64,000 bases of DNA from Perna viridis (lineage: Eukaryota): contig CM074519.1 in NCBI GenBank assembly GCA_037379345.1, positions 35,552,103 through 35,616,102 of the forward strand. The letters run 5' to 3'. Positions 51,992-64,000 of this stretch are shown piece by piece. Made by a program: the position numbers and the translations under genes. The notes below the pieces were generated by a model that saw nothing but the letters and a program-made list of their open reading frames with translations, ran no database searches and had not been told where the DNA came from. Each line of letters begins with the position of its first letter. Within the stretch, counting starts at the first letter, position 1.

Positions 51992-52160
51992 GGAGGTAGA
52001 CCTAGGGTAAGGAACTCTTGAAATCAGTGATATGTTTGTATCAATTCGATTTCACCAAAGCCTGTCAAGCTTTTCTTTGACAGAGAATGAAATCAGTCCA
52101 AGTTACTTTGATGTTCCAATGATTTGTAAGAATTGTGTCCCTTACCCGAGGTCTACCTCC
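51992..52160. mobile_element. 169-bp MITE with 21-bp TIRs and TTAA TSD (Kolobok-like)
   Basis: TTAA|GGAGGTAGACCTAGGGTAAGG ... CCTTACCCGAGGTCTACCTCC|TTAA, 1 mismatch. Confidence 0.85.
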
Positions 52161-52984
52161 TTAAGTGTCAACAAATAATCATTTTAAGAAGTGTTTTAAG
52201 AAATGTCCAGTATCGCTGTATAATATTGTTTATAATACAGTGAAACATGTCTAAACCGTGAACCAGTCTTAACCATACACTTTTGAAAGTCTCTTCATAT
52301 CAGTATTAATGTATATTGAACCTTGGAAAACCAAATACCTGATAAAAACAAACAAACTGTAATTCTAAATGGTGTTTGGTTTATAAACTATTAGGTTAAA
52401 CTGTATCTGAAATCCGACTGGAAACAGCGCTTTGTTATCAAACTTATTTTTATTCATTTTGAACTAAGCAAGTGTCAAGGTTTCAGAGGTATCGTATATT
52501 TTAGGTTCTTCACTTTTTAAAAGTCACCATTGTACCTTTTTTACTTTTTAAACTCTGGCAGATTTACGATACAAACACATATATTAACAATTTTTTTCAC
52601 TTATATTTCTTTATTGTAATAAATACAAAATATCAATACTATGTAATGCAAATTCGGATGGCATTTCCTGATTCGTAATTCAATAATTGTAAATTTCAAA
52701 ATTAGGTGAGTCTACAATTAAAAAGCAAAAGATGAAGGTTTGTATTAGAAGTGACACTGACTACATAGTATACGCTATTATACCATCTATATCAATATTG
52801 TATTAAAGATATCTATATCAATATTGTATTAAAGATATACCCGTCATATTTATATCTTTAGAACCCATGATCATACAAACGCAGCATAGAAACAGAAAGC
52901 TGGTGTTTGGGATTGATATCAGAACCATAATACCGTTATAAAAATATATTGCACAGATTGTCAAGGCGACATATGTTGTCATGA

Positions 52985-53023
52985 CTACGTTATACCATGT
53001 GGAACACAAAGATATAACTTAAC
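52985..53023 (-). CDS. Gene C last coding exon
   Basis: VKLYLCVPHGIT*; acceptor TTTCTATATTTCAG. Confidence 0.8.
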   Translation of the reverse strand, partial: VKLYLCVPHGIT

Positions 53024-56000
53024 CTGAAATATAGAAAAGAAACATTCATACTCCAAATGGTCTTATAACAACAAAAGTCACCATATGTTAATGCATTGTT
53101 TTTAATATTACATAAGATATCGTGATAATGTAATGACGTTCCATATAACAATGTGCTCTGCTTTTTTAAAAGCTTGCTTTGCTGCAAACCTCATTTACTT
53201 ACATTGAATTTTGGTTTGATCTGTATATAAGGCACTCTATTCGTATATTCAACGTTTCTTTTCACACGAAATGCTGCTTTTCTTATTATAAATATCTTTT
53301 TATGTGATATAAGTTTACCAAATAACAAAAAAATCCTAAATGATTATTTGAAATGTAACATATCTTATGAAAGCAGAACAAAATATCATCAAGGGCCATT
53401 GATCCAATTAAAATATATAACTTTGTTGTCACTAAAATGACTTTGTAAATTAATGTATACATACGTCATCCATCATTCCTATATACCCTCCAAAATAATC
53501 ACATGCCCCTAATATCAACGCACTCGGTCGTTCTTCTATCGTACCTGTATAATCAGTGTGTTATTTAAGTAGCTATTCATGGCGGGTATAGTGTTGTTCT
53601 TATTCAAACATGGGTGTGGTCTTTGTATTCAATTGTTTTGTATCTGACATTAGCGAGGTATGAAATATGAATATAAAATTTGACCCGTTTGTATATGAGC
53701 ACAATATCTAACATGATTTTTTCTTTTCTAAAATCACAAAAAATATACAGTTTGACGTGTGTATGATGTCATATCAAAATAGTCCATTTGCTTCTTAAGA
53801 TAAATCTAGAGTATCAATCTTTGATTATTTATTTTATTTTAGATAACGTGGGATTTGAAAAAAAATATTACAAAAATATATACTCGTAGACGTATCTAAG
53901 TGTTCGTTCATATGCGAAGTTCTATTTTCGAAACTTCGGAGGTCGTTCCAATATGATAATATTAATTGAGATGTTTCAAGTCGAGATGAATGAAGACACG
54001 ATACTAGCAACATTTCATGAATTTCAAGACGCACATTACTCGTTATTTCATAATTCCTAGTTGTCATATGCATATGTGTGTGTTTACAACTCTTCACATT
54101 TTTAGGTACAATGGTTGCGAACATGACCACATAGAAGTCTGGTAAGGGCATAAAAAAAATTGACACTCTATTCGTAATACAAATTCATCTTCCTTTTGCT
54201 ATCACGGAAGAGTTACATCTACTTGGTTAACATTCAAGCACGTTGTTTTGTTTGATCTTGTTCTGTGATTTGTTTTTATCTAGAATTTTGAGTTGAAATA
54301 ACTATGATTTATTTCAATACGGACGTGCACTTAGTTTGCAATTAGTTTTTTATCCAATAAATTGTATGCATTTTTTTTTAATTATTCAATTTTACCTGTA
54401 AGTGGAACAGTTGTTTTCTTTCCATCTATATTACCGATTAGATGTCTGCCATCATAGACAAAACTTAATGTTTTCCATGATGTACTCTAAAAGGATAGTT
54501 ACAAAAATATATTCAAATACATTTACAAAGTCTATTTAGGAAAAAAAGACTATTGTTATAGGAAATAAACAAGTTGAAATAGATCACAACTAATTCCCAT
54601 TCCAATGATTGATTAATTTATTTTAGTTTTATGTCCTACTGAAGATATTTCATGAATATTAGGACGAGAATGTTTAACTAATCGCTGTTTTGTAATAGTC
54701 AAACAAGCTAAGGGTGATTTTATTATGTTAGCTCAAAAAAGGCCTCAGCTCGCAGGTAAGCATATCATTTCAATAGAGCACATTCTTCCATAACCAAGCC
54801 TCCCTGTCGCTTCTCTTGAAGCAGTGAATACCTTTTATGTATTTGGTGCGACTCATCTGAAGATCAAGGCGAGCAAGAGACCGCCGTGTCTTCAATCATA
54901 GTACGCAGTATGCTATGGTTGAAATTTCGAGGCTTCTATAGAGAAAATAAGGTTAGTATCGTAAAGTTTCTATATCCAATATTCCTGTGTGTTCCATCAT
55001 TTATAGAGAAAAATATATTAATATGATTTAATTACGAATTTAGCTGAACACATATAGTAGGGTATAATAAAAACATAAAATTATTACAAGAGTAATCAAG
55101 ACTCTCGCGGATTTAAAAAGAATGTAATCCAGGGACAAAAATCAGACATGGAAATCAGGCAAATACATCAAAGAAAATTAAGTAGTTCAAATAATACATA
55201 CAAAGTAATAAAAGTAAATGAGCGACTCTGACGCCACTAAAAACTGGGAGCATGGACAATGTGCACCGGTAGGGTAAACGTCCTCTGCTTTTCTAGAAAC
55301 ACCCTTCGACTTGCTCATAAAAAGTAAAATCCTAGGTAGACGAAAGAGAAAAGGAAAACTATGACACGTTGAACAAATCAGTTTTCATGGTGCAGATGGA
55401 AACACCAAAAACGATCCATGAGTTCATGTTCTGTAGTAATGACGTCAATCTTGTAGCAATATAACCCTGTTCCAGAAGCCTAATTGTAAATAGTCTAGCG
55501 TGATACAAAATTTTTGCGCAGTTACGGCAAGCTCTGGCATAACGTTTGAGTTGTTATATGAAAACTCCTTATGCAGGTGCTGAAGGGATGTTGCCATACA
55601 TGAAAGGAAAGTTCACAATAATGAATGAAAAGTCATCACGTTTGTTGTAAAGTTTGGTCAACAGTTTTCCCTTACCATAACGTATACTGTATGACATTAT
55701 TCCAGAACGCTAACATCGTACAAATTACTTACATTATATTTCATGACTGACATTTGCTCTCCTCCTTTATCGGTTGTAGCTAAAAACATGGCGCCCTTAT
55801 TTGGTGATATTGCAATGTCTATTGACGGACGCATAACTTCTGGATTAAAACAGTTTGACAATAAATGCATAGGTTCAGCTGATTGAACGTGGGGATTTTC
55901 CTTATACTTCATTGTTACTGCAAACTGTGACCCGTATGATACACCAGAAAATCGCCACAATCTAATCTTCCCGCTTCCGTCGAATCGCGCAGCTCCATTT

Positions 56001-59000
56001 TCTATGTGAACATTTTCTGGTGTAACTGCTAAATTGTTTCCAGATTTGTCACTAAATCCATCATTAAAGTCAAGTATTAGTTCTGGTCTGCAGGCTGTTT
56101 AATGGACATGAAACAAATACTTCATTGAAATGCAAATTGCAGAAATAGATATAACATTCGAAACAAGTTCCTAGTTGTTTTCGCATAGACCCCCTTTTCA
56201 CCAAAAAGGTACAAAAACAGAAGTTGTTGTTCTCTTATACTTCTGAAATTTCTAATATCATATTTGTGATAGAGTATTCAATGAAAAAAAGACGGGAAGC
56301 CTAAAAAAATCAAATAAATTTCCAACGTTTCTAAGTACTGATGAAATACCACAAAACAATTACAATAGCATTCTACTCACAATTTTTTCGCACTTCTTCA
56401 CTCCTGTCGCATGTACAGAGACCCGGATTATACTGTGACCCACGTGGACAGGATCGTGTCATCATTCCAAGACCTGGGATCTCCTCAAAGTAAAACCGTT
56501 CGTTTGTTTCAAATGGAGTCATTCTACAACTAGCTAGAATAAAAATCGTATTCGAAACATTTAAACTTAAGGTTTAATAACACGATTTCAATCTTTTCAA
56601 ATGTTCATAACTGTATAAGTTATGAAAAGGTACCTATATCACGCAACAACTTCGATAAAACACTAAGGAACAGAATCTAGAACCTATCGAACAATGTCGT
56701 ATTTTGTTAAAATAGAATTCTCAGGTTTCGAGAAGTCATACTAACAGGGTGACCTTTATGTTTTGAAGACAAAATAAATAGTAAAGTATATTCGTAGGGG
56801 CAACAATGAAATCGTTGGATATTAAATATGAAATACTTTATGACTTGTTTAATAACATGCTCGGGTGTAAAGAAGTATCATAATCAATTACTGGTGAGAA
56901 AAAGATATATGTACTTTATGATAAAAAATATATCGAATGCCAGTACTGTACTAATATTCGTATTAAAACTCATTACGTAGATTAAATACATTCCAAAGTG
57001 CTAACATCATTGAACAATTTCTCGATATGAAGTCTTGTCACGAACAAGATCCCGTTGTAACACCCAAACCACTTCATACAGGAATTGTAAATATCTAAAT
57101 TGACACTGGTCAAGTCAGTATTCGCTAAAACAATAACAAAGAGTGTGTGGTAAGTGACTAATGTCATTTGGGCGACTTTGACGTACTTTAACTAAAACAT
57201 AAATGTACTTATTAACTTTATGGGTAATAGAAATATGAAATGATTTCATTGACTGCCTTTTCATAGATTAAAAGTTCATTCACATATGGTCTGTGTAACA
57301 ATTGTTTTTTTTTTTTTTTTTTTTTTTTTTTTGGGGGGGGGGGTTTAAGTGCTATAAGGACACAGGTATTTTAATAAAGTGACAAAAAATGTTTATTCCT
57401 TAAAATGTTAGTGTATAAAATAGTCATTAAAAAGTTGTTATGCCATCCTATATATGTACATAAGACACTACAATGATTAATAATAACGCGAACAAGATCC
57501 ACAAATGAAAGCGTAGATATCTTCTTGTCTCTAGTCGAAATTTACAGGTAAGCAAACCTTTAAACATCATAATGACATAAACCACAATTAATTATGACCC
57601 TCGGTTGATCACATTTTTCATCATAAAAAATATGACCCATCATGGAACAAAAGTTTGCTTTTTGTCATTTAAAGGTGACCCACCATTCAAAATGGCTCAC
57701 ATTGACCACAAAAGAATATTATTTAATTTTGCAAAGGCATGGGATTCAAAAATATACAAAAAGAGAAAAACAAGGTTCCAGTGAACTTTTACTTTGAGTG
57801 TGTAAAAAAGAGATAAACATTATTTGTTTATAGATATAACCAATCTAGAATTTAAAGAATGCATTTGTTTGGCTTCAGACACACATGTCTCGCGTCATGA
57901 CACATCATTTTTTGTGTGGGATGATAATCCACCACATCACATTTATAGGTAAATAAGCAGCATATGAAAAAAGAGCCTATTGAAACACTGGCGTCATCCA
58001 TGAACAGTTTGGTATTAACATTGGGATAAATGATACAGAAACATAACTATATCTGGCGATACTTATTTCTGCACTGTATCGAGTTTGTTCTTTAGTTTTT
58101 TGTAAACAAAACTGTCAAAATTTACAAACAAAATTGTATAATATGCTTTTGTATAATTTAAACGTTTTATGTACTTACTTTAATCTGAAAATTATGGCGT
58201 CATGCAAAGTGTCGCCTTTTGACGTTATAAACCAATATGGTTTAAGTCTTTGCCTATGAGGGACAGCGCTATTTGTCTTCAAATAACATATGACTTGATA
58301 ATACACCGCTTTGTTATATCGCTGGTGCATGTACTAATGGTAATGTACGAGACGTTCTATATTACGCGCTGTGTATCTGTGTTAAAAGTTCGAACAATCA
58401 CTTCCTTACTGCTTACGTCATTTCTGACAGAACTATTGTGAGCTATTCATGTTTCTGAACATCTACATATACTAGGACGTAGATAATGCTTAATTCATAT
58501 CAACTTTTAAATACATTTTTGTTTTATCAAATTACCAAAGGGTGATGTAAATGTCAGCTCTCCAGAATCTTCACACCAGTCATGACAACCAGGGTCTGGC
58601 ACACATTCCTGTTTTTCTTCATTGAATGCAAATCCGTCGGGACAACACTTGGCTTGCGACAGACCATTACGACAAGACCAGTGCGCACGACAGTTCCCCT
58701 TATGATCATATGATCGAACCGTGAAATCGAAGCAGGGATCTAAAAATAATCAAATATCCATCGTATGAACTCGTAAGACTAGAACACAATTTACAATATT
58801 TTGTAACTCTGCGTTAGTTTATTGAAATCGTATTTTCATCAATGTAGATACAAAACTGGTCTCTCTCTTTGTATTTACTTACTAGTAGAAGTATTAGCGA
58901 CAACTCCAGATATTACACATATCACCTGTGTACGTACAATTGTTTCGGCATTAACTGGGTACTCCAAAATGTGACCTAATTATGAGGGTCGACTTCTAGC

Positions 59001-62000
59001 AATAAGTTTCATTATGAAATTTACTAGTTACTTGTCGACAGAATTTTAAATGGCTTAATTTCATAATAATTTGCAAGTTTGTTATTTGTATATTGTGTGT
59101 TTAATTATATCCATTGAATAAACTTACCTCTCCAACAAGACATAGATCCAGATGGCCTACACAGTAGAAGTCTCTGGTCCCAAAACATTCTAAATGGGCA
59201 CCTGGCCCTCTCAACCTTAATCTGTCCACCCTCGTAGAAACACTGTATAAATTCATTACAGCTTTTTGGGTCTGCGTTGTATCCTACACCATCCACGTAC
59301 TGACTGCCATAGCATAGATCTGTTATTAAAAAAAGAAAACAAAATGAATCAAACAATCTAAAATGCAAGTTAGCGTCATACCTATTAGTTATCGGGTAAA
59401 AAGGGAGAGAATAAGTACAAAGGAAGAAAAGAATAACTGAAGCTTTTCAGTCGTTTCAAGTAGCTGTCTTTCTAAGAATCATGCAAAATCTGAAAAATGT
59501 GATACACCCTAAAAAAAGGCTACATATTTTTATTTTTGTAATTAATTTGTTTTATGGGTCTATACTATGACATGTGTAATTATTCATTCAAATTTGCCTG
59601 CTCTTAGGAGATAATCAACATTAAAAATCCAGTAGATTCCACTGTATTTGAGCGTCATTTACAGAGTTATCTCCCTTAATTTTGAAATTTACAGTGCATT
59701 CTATACAATTTTTATCTCCAAAGAGCACCGGTTATATGAAAAACCACATGTTAATTTCTGTTTACTATGACATTTCAAACAAAATATTAAAAATAAAAAT
59801 ATGTAGGCTTTTCACCCATGAATCACATTTTGCATGATCCTTAGCTGGAGTTCTACTTAATATTTAAGAAATAGATAGAAGGCAACGTATAGAGGATATA
59901 CAGTAGTGGCGGTATATGATGGTAGTTAAAATGTTCAAAGGAACTAAAGAATGAATAAAGATGTTTTCCATTGAAGGAAGATGAAATGATCCTAAATAAA
60001 CGGATGTACAACCATGTCGGTAACCAGTACCAGATCAAAAGTACTGTTGAAAGAGATTGGTTATGACAAACTATTCTTATTTTTTTTCTAATTATATAAT
60101 ATTCCATACACCTATGAAATGCTATGAAAGTTTATTGCATGTTTGATAACCTTTAAATGTTATATTTTAATGTCACAAACATAAGGTAGTATTTTAGATC
60201 TTCAAATGATATGCTTAAATTTATAAGACAGGAAACTTTTTTTCTGACAGGTTTACAGGATATCCGACATATGTCTAAAACAGGCTTCTTTAAAGCTTTA
60301 GTAATATTGAGGTATAGTGTGACATTTACATTTTTAGGAGCCACATCCCATTTGATACTTTCCGCAGTTAAAACTACATTAGAAAGACACTTTCTGAAAA
60401 CAGATCTTGGTTAACTAACACCCCCAAGGTGTTGTTACTTAAATTAATTTTAATGACAATTTTTTTTGGAAGAAAAATGGAGAATGTGCATAAAGTTCAT
60501 ATTTCATTTCACTTCAAGAGAAAAATATAACACCAACAAAGATTCTTGAGTAATGATGATGTTGTTGATCTGAATATAAAATACACGTATGATCTTGTGA
60601 GCGTCAATTTTCTCATAGCTCTGCTGTAAGACAAGCCAGCAATGTCTTATTTATATTACATGGAGATCACTCTCGAACATTAAACGGTTTAATTGATATC
60701 AAATGCTGATACAACATATACTTATATTCTTTAATAAGTTATTTGTTACTTTAACATTAAATTACATAATTAATAAGTTAAACAATGGGATATATTTTAC
60801 AGACCCGATGTTTGGAAAGTAATCTCTGTCATGTACTCTTCAGAACTTTAACCAAAATCAAAATGTTGTCATTGGAATAAAATCTTAGTTTTGACAAAAA
60901 AAAGCTCTGGCCACAAAACCAACAAAGTATCTTAACAAAATAGTAATCTTTTTTTGATAATGTAACTTTAAATAAATTGCATATATTTTATGGCGTCATT
61001 ATCTGAAAATAAACTTCGTCTCGATATTTGTTTTCGTTTTGTGGCACTATAGTATAGATATATTCCAAACAGCCATGGTGACTGTAAGATCACGTGACTT
61101 ACCAGCATGATGTCCGCCAGCATGGTTTGATCTATCTGCAAGGTATTCTTATTAAACCCCTCTTTACACTCTTTTATTTTAATACATTCTTTTTGATAAT
61201 AGGAATAAGTTGAAAATATTTAAACCGTGAATATCAAATCCCCACTTGCCAGACAGTCTAAACATTCAAGCTGATCAAACAATACATTTTCTTTCTATCA
61301 TTGAAAAAATAGAAGATTTCATGAGAATATTTTATAATCTTGTTTTTCAGTCATTTGCTTGTAACTTCTCGATATACCTTTTTCTCATTTTATTCTCGGA
61401 TACATTGCAAAAATGTTTTGAAATTTACTAAGCCTTATATTATTATTTAAGAATACAGATGTCTTATTTGTTGACAAAGAAAGGGGTAGAACTGAAATAA
61501 AACTAAACTTACGCTCTTCTTCAATTCTGTCTTTTCCTTGGGCGGGTCCAACAGCAAATGGTTGTGGTTCAGATACGACAGGTGCCCGAGGAGTCGTTGT
61601 AGTTGTTGTCGTTGTAGTTGTCGACGTAGTTGTAAGAAATCTTGGTATTGGCCGTCTTGGATAAACTGGTTGTGTCCTTCTGTTATCTACTGGTCCATTA
61701 ATACTAAATAAGGTTACAGGTGATATTAGAGGATTTCGATACTCACTTGCCCATGCACTTGTCGTCGTTTGTGTCTCAGTCTGAGGTTTTGTGTAAACCT
61801 GGTAAGATGGTGTTGACGGTGCGTAAGTTTTCCAAGCTGCTGGTGTCGATTTCTGGACAGGTATGTTAACCCATGGAGCTTTGATTGGATCTGATTGTTT
61901 ATACCACTTCTGTTCGTTGAAAGATGGTTGTTGATATGTCGGGTCTTGTACTTCGTAATTTGGATTGGTATTCTGGGTCCACCATGGATCGCCACCAACA

Positions 62001-63444
62001 AACTTTTCAATTTTTGTTCCAACAATATCTTTTCCATTAAGCAAATTTGCTTCAACAGATATTTTTAAAAGTTTGTTTGTATCTCTGTCTTCTTCCCTAT
62101 GTCTGTATAGTCTATTATCAACACTGACTCTTGTTGGATTCTGTCTTTGCGGCCCATTATTACTGTCAATGGTTCTATCTGTCTGCCATTGTCTTGACGA
62201 ATCTTGATTATTGTCAATTGTGTCTTGTGTTTGCCAACCTGCAGACGGTTCTTTTTTGCCATTTTCTGCTTGCAATAAACTTGAAGAAGGCGATTTCATG
62301 TCGGTTGCTTCCCTTGTGGGCCATTGTCTAGAGGGGGTCAATTCATCGTTGACCCTGTCTGCAGTAGGCCCTCGCCTCTTTGGTTGTATATGTGGTTGTG
62401 TTGGTTTGCGTGTAGTTGTCGTAGTTTTCATTGTTGTTGATTTAGTTGTTGTTATAGTTGTTGCTATAGTTGTTTTTGTTGGCAATGCATTGAATTTAGG
62501 ACTAATTTCAGAAGCAGGCATACCAACATGATCGGCACTGGCTGGTATTTTAGCTGTAGATGCTATTATAAGACAAAATGTGATTTATAAACACTTACAA
62601 GTAGAGAAGATCGATATTTTAACAAGCGGATTTATTTTGCATCAGTTAATCGGGATACAACACATGCACATTTTTCAGTTATTTTTTTCTAATAAGGTAT
62701 AGGAAATCATTACTAGCTAATAGATTTTTGTTATATTAAATAAAAAATGCTTGCAGTGTTCATCCATTTTTAAACCATATTAAGATTTCAAGAAAAAGCG
62801 GCACAAAATCATATATTTGGATAGCAATGTATATTGTTTCATTATATCAAATAATACAGTGTAATTCATGATATTTTTTTTTAATTTTTCACCTGAAGTT
62901 GTTAGTTTCCTTACTGACTGTACAAGCTTATCCACAGCAAGGTCGATTGGCTCAATATAAAAATACTCATTTGGTTTGAAAGCCATCGATCTCAGCTGTT
63001 TCTCATCAACGAGTCTCCCAACTCCAACGCAGAATAGGTGTATTCCAACTGACCTCAGTGCCTCACTTTCGCCCCTACTAGCATCAGGATATTTGGATCG
63101 TCCATCAGTTACAATGACACCAATCTGCGCCGTTTTTTGGCGTCCACTTGAATAAAACATCCGTTCTAATTTGTTGATTCCCAAGTCTATTCTACTACCA
63201 TCCTGTGGCTGTTGTAACGTATGTAAGGTTTTAATTAAACTATTTTTGTTTGTGGATTGTGCTAAATCAACTGTATCACCTATGTCCGAACTAACAACAA
63301 TGACACCCACACGAACCCTCTCCGGGCCAATGTCTACCTGTGTGATGAAGCGTTCGACAAGAGTTTTTTGTTCTACGAATTCCCCGTCTGAGATGCTATC
63401 AGAACCATCCAACAAAAATACTATGTCTGCCTGGTCAATATAAT
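52985..63444 (-). CDS. Pif: Pif/BMSP-like protein C (5'-incomplete, ~918 aa visible): VWA + Thr/Pro linker + His micro-exon + 3 chitin-binding-like domains + LamG
   Basis: Minus-strand exons 63444-62893, 62562-61513, 61135-61103, 59319-59128, 58739-58536, 56533-56381, 56094-55733, 54486-54396, 53544-53465, 53023-52985; all GT-AG; in frame to TAG. VWA-ChtBD-LamG is the Pif/BMSP architecture; symbol denotes family, orthology not established. Confidence 0.85.
53465..53544 (-). CDS. Gene C exon: LamG part 3
   Basis: GTIEERPSALILGACDYFGGYIGMMDD; 80 nt. Confidence 0.85.
54396..54486 (-). CDS. Gene C exon: LamG part 2
   Basis: STSWKTLSFVYDGRHLIGNIDG; 91 nt. Confidence 0.85.
55088..55678 (-). mobile_element. 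Penelope-like 3' fragment in gene C intron
   Basis: GKGKLLTKLYNKRDDFSF..NIPSAPA..RYARACRN plus the shared tail. Confidence 0.8.
55733..56094 (-). CDS. Gene C exon: LamG part 1
   Basis: SCRPELILDFNDGFSDKSGNN..ARFDGSGKIRLWRFS..LLSNCF; 362 nt. Confidence 0.88.
56381..56533 (-). CDS. Gene C exon: chitin-binding-like domain 3
   Basis: ASCRMTPFETNERFYFEEIPGLGMMTRSCPRGSQYNPGLCTCDRSEEVRKN; 153 nt. Confidence 0.85.
58536..58739 (-). CDS. Gene C exon: chitin-binding domain 2
   Basis: DPCFDFTVRSYDHKGNCRAHWSCRNGLSQAKCCPDGFAFNEEKQECVPDPGCHDWC; 204 nt. Confidence 0.9.
59128..59319 (-). CDS. Gene C exon: chitin-binding domain 1
   Basis: DLCYGSQYVDGVGYNADPKSCNEFIQCF..RCPFRMFWDQRLLLC..SCWR; 192 nt. Confidence 0.9.
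61103..61135 (-). CDS. Gene C 33-nt micro-exon (HRSNHAGGHHA)
   Basis: CCTTGCAG|33 nt|GTAAGT, phase 1-1. Confidence 0.65.
61513..62562 (-). CDS. Gene C exon: Thr/Pro/Gln-rich mucin-like linker (350 codons)
   Basis: Poly-Thr tracts at both ends; ends GAG C|GTAAGT; an alternative in-frame acceptor is possible at 62553. Confidence 0.85.
62893..63444 (-). CDS. Gene C exon: von Willebrand factor A domain
   Basis: ADIVFLLDGSDSI (MIDAS DxSxS)..VRVGVI..IVTDGRS..LFCVGVG; 552 nt, phase 1-1. Confidence 0.93.
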
Positions 63445-64000
63445 CTAAATGAACATTTTTTTGACAATTCAATTCGTGATTAATATATTTTTGCAGTAAT
63501 GTGGATTTTAGCAATGCAATTTGAATGATATGACATGAGTTGAGTTTGTTTTACTTCTCTTGTTTATATCTAAAAATTACGTCTTTATATTTCTTCATTT
63601 CTTCGTCAATAAAAAGGAATATAAGTGGAACAAATGTCCGTTTTATCATTAACATGATAAATTAGACAAAATGTCATTACTGGTGAATGTAGATCAATCA
63701 TACGAAATCAATTAACGCGAATACCATTATAATAAATGAATTGTGGAACAAAATATTGAGCAATTTGATTAAATTTCTGATATGACATGACAAGGAAATG
63801 TTAACCGTATCATACATTACAATAATGATTCGGCAATGGAATATATGTTCAAAATTAGTACCCATGACCGATTTTATTTTAATTCTGTGTTATTATTCTT
63901 TTCTATATATTATAAACAGGTATACTTGTCCCATCTAAATTATAAATAAAATATCAGCAAATGAGTAGGAATATTAGTGTGTTTGTTTGATCATTTAAAC

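Noticed and set aside
45000-52980. Short ORFs in the 8-kb gap between genes B and C
   Set aside because: AT-rich, low-complexity translations without domains or consistent splice chains; part is repeat-derived.
63880-63940. Minus-strand TTTAG|ATGGGACAA as a first or micro-exon of gene C
   Set aside because: No signal peptide, an early stop in the ATG frame, and only a weak donor (GTATAC); cannot be supported without cDNA.
1-64000. tRNA, rRNA, CRISPR arrays, prokaryotic operons or a species-level identification
   Set aside because: None recognisable; the only tRNA-related sequence is the 12-nt PBS. Bivalve origin is an inference and the species cannot be fixed without a search.

Overview
Eukaryotic, AT-rich, intron-containing genomic DNA, most likely from a bivalve mollusc (inferred from gene content and repeat types). 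The core is a cluster of putative shell-matrix genes. (1) A secreted Gly/Met/Gln-rich protein with a single coding exon (11846-12706 +). (2, 3) Two tandem paralogues on + (17844-30136, 2101 aa; 35451-44999, 2243 aa), each with a signal peptide, one giant (5.1 / 5.6 kb) low-complexity exon, three chitin-binding (ChtBD2-like) exons and a four-exon laminin-G/ConA-like domain. (4) A convergent Pif/BMSP-like gene on - (63444-52985, 5' end not seen) with VWA, a Thr/Pro linker, a 33-nt His-rich micro-exon and the same ChtBD x3 + LamG exon set. I traced all exon chains by hand through GT-AG junctions and they stay in frame to a stop. The left end holds a young LTR retroelement (583-5580) with near-identical LTRs, 4-bp TSD, tRNA-His PBS and PPT, decayed gag and F-type env remnants and no recognisable pol, inserted in a 31-bp minisatellite. 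Other repeats include a SINE-like element nested in a LINE 3' end, five Penelope-like fragments and MITEs. Family assignments come from motif recognition only; no database search was run.
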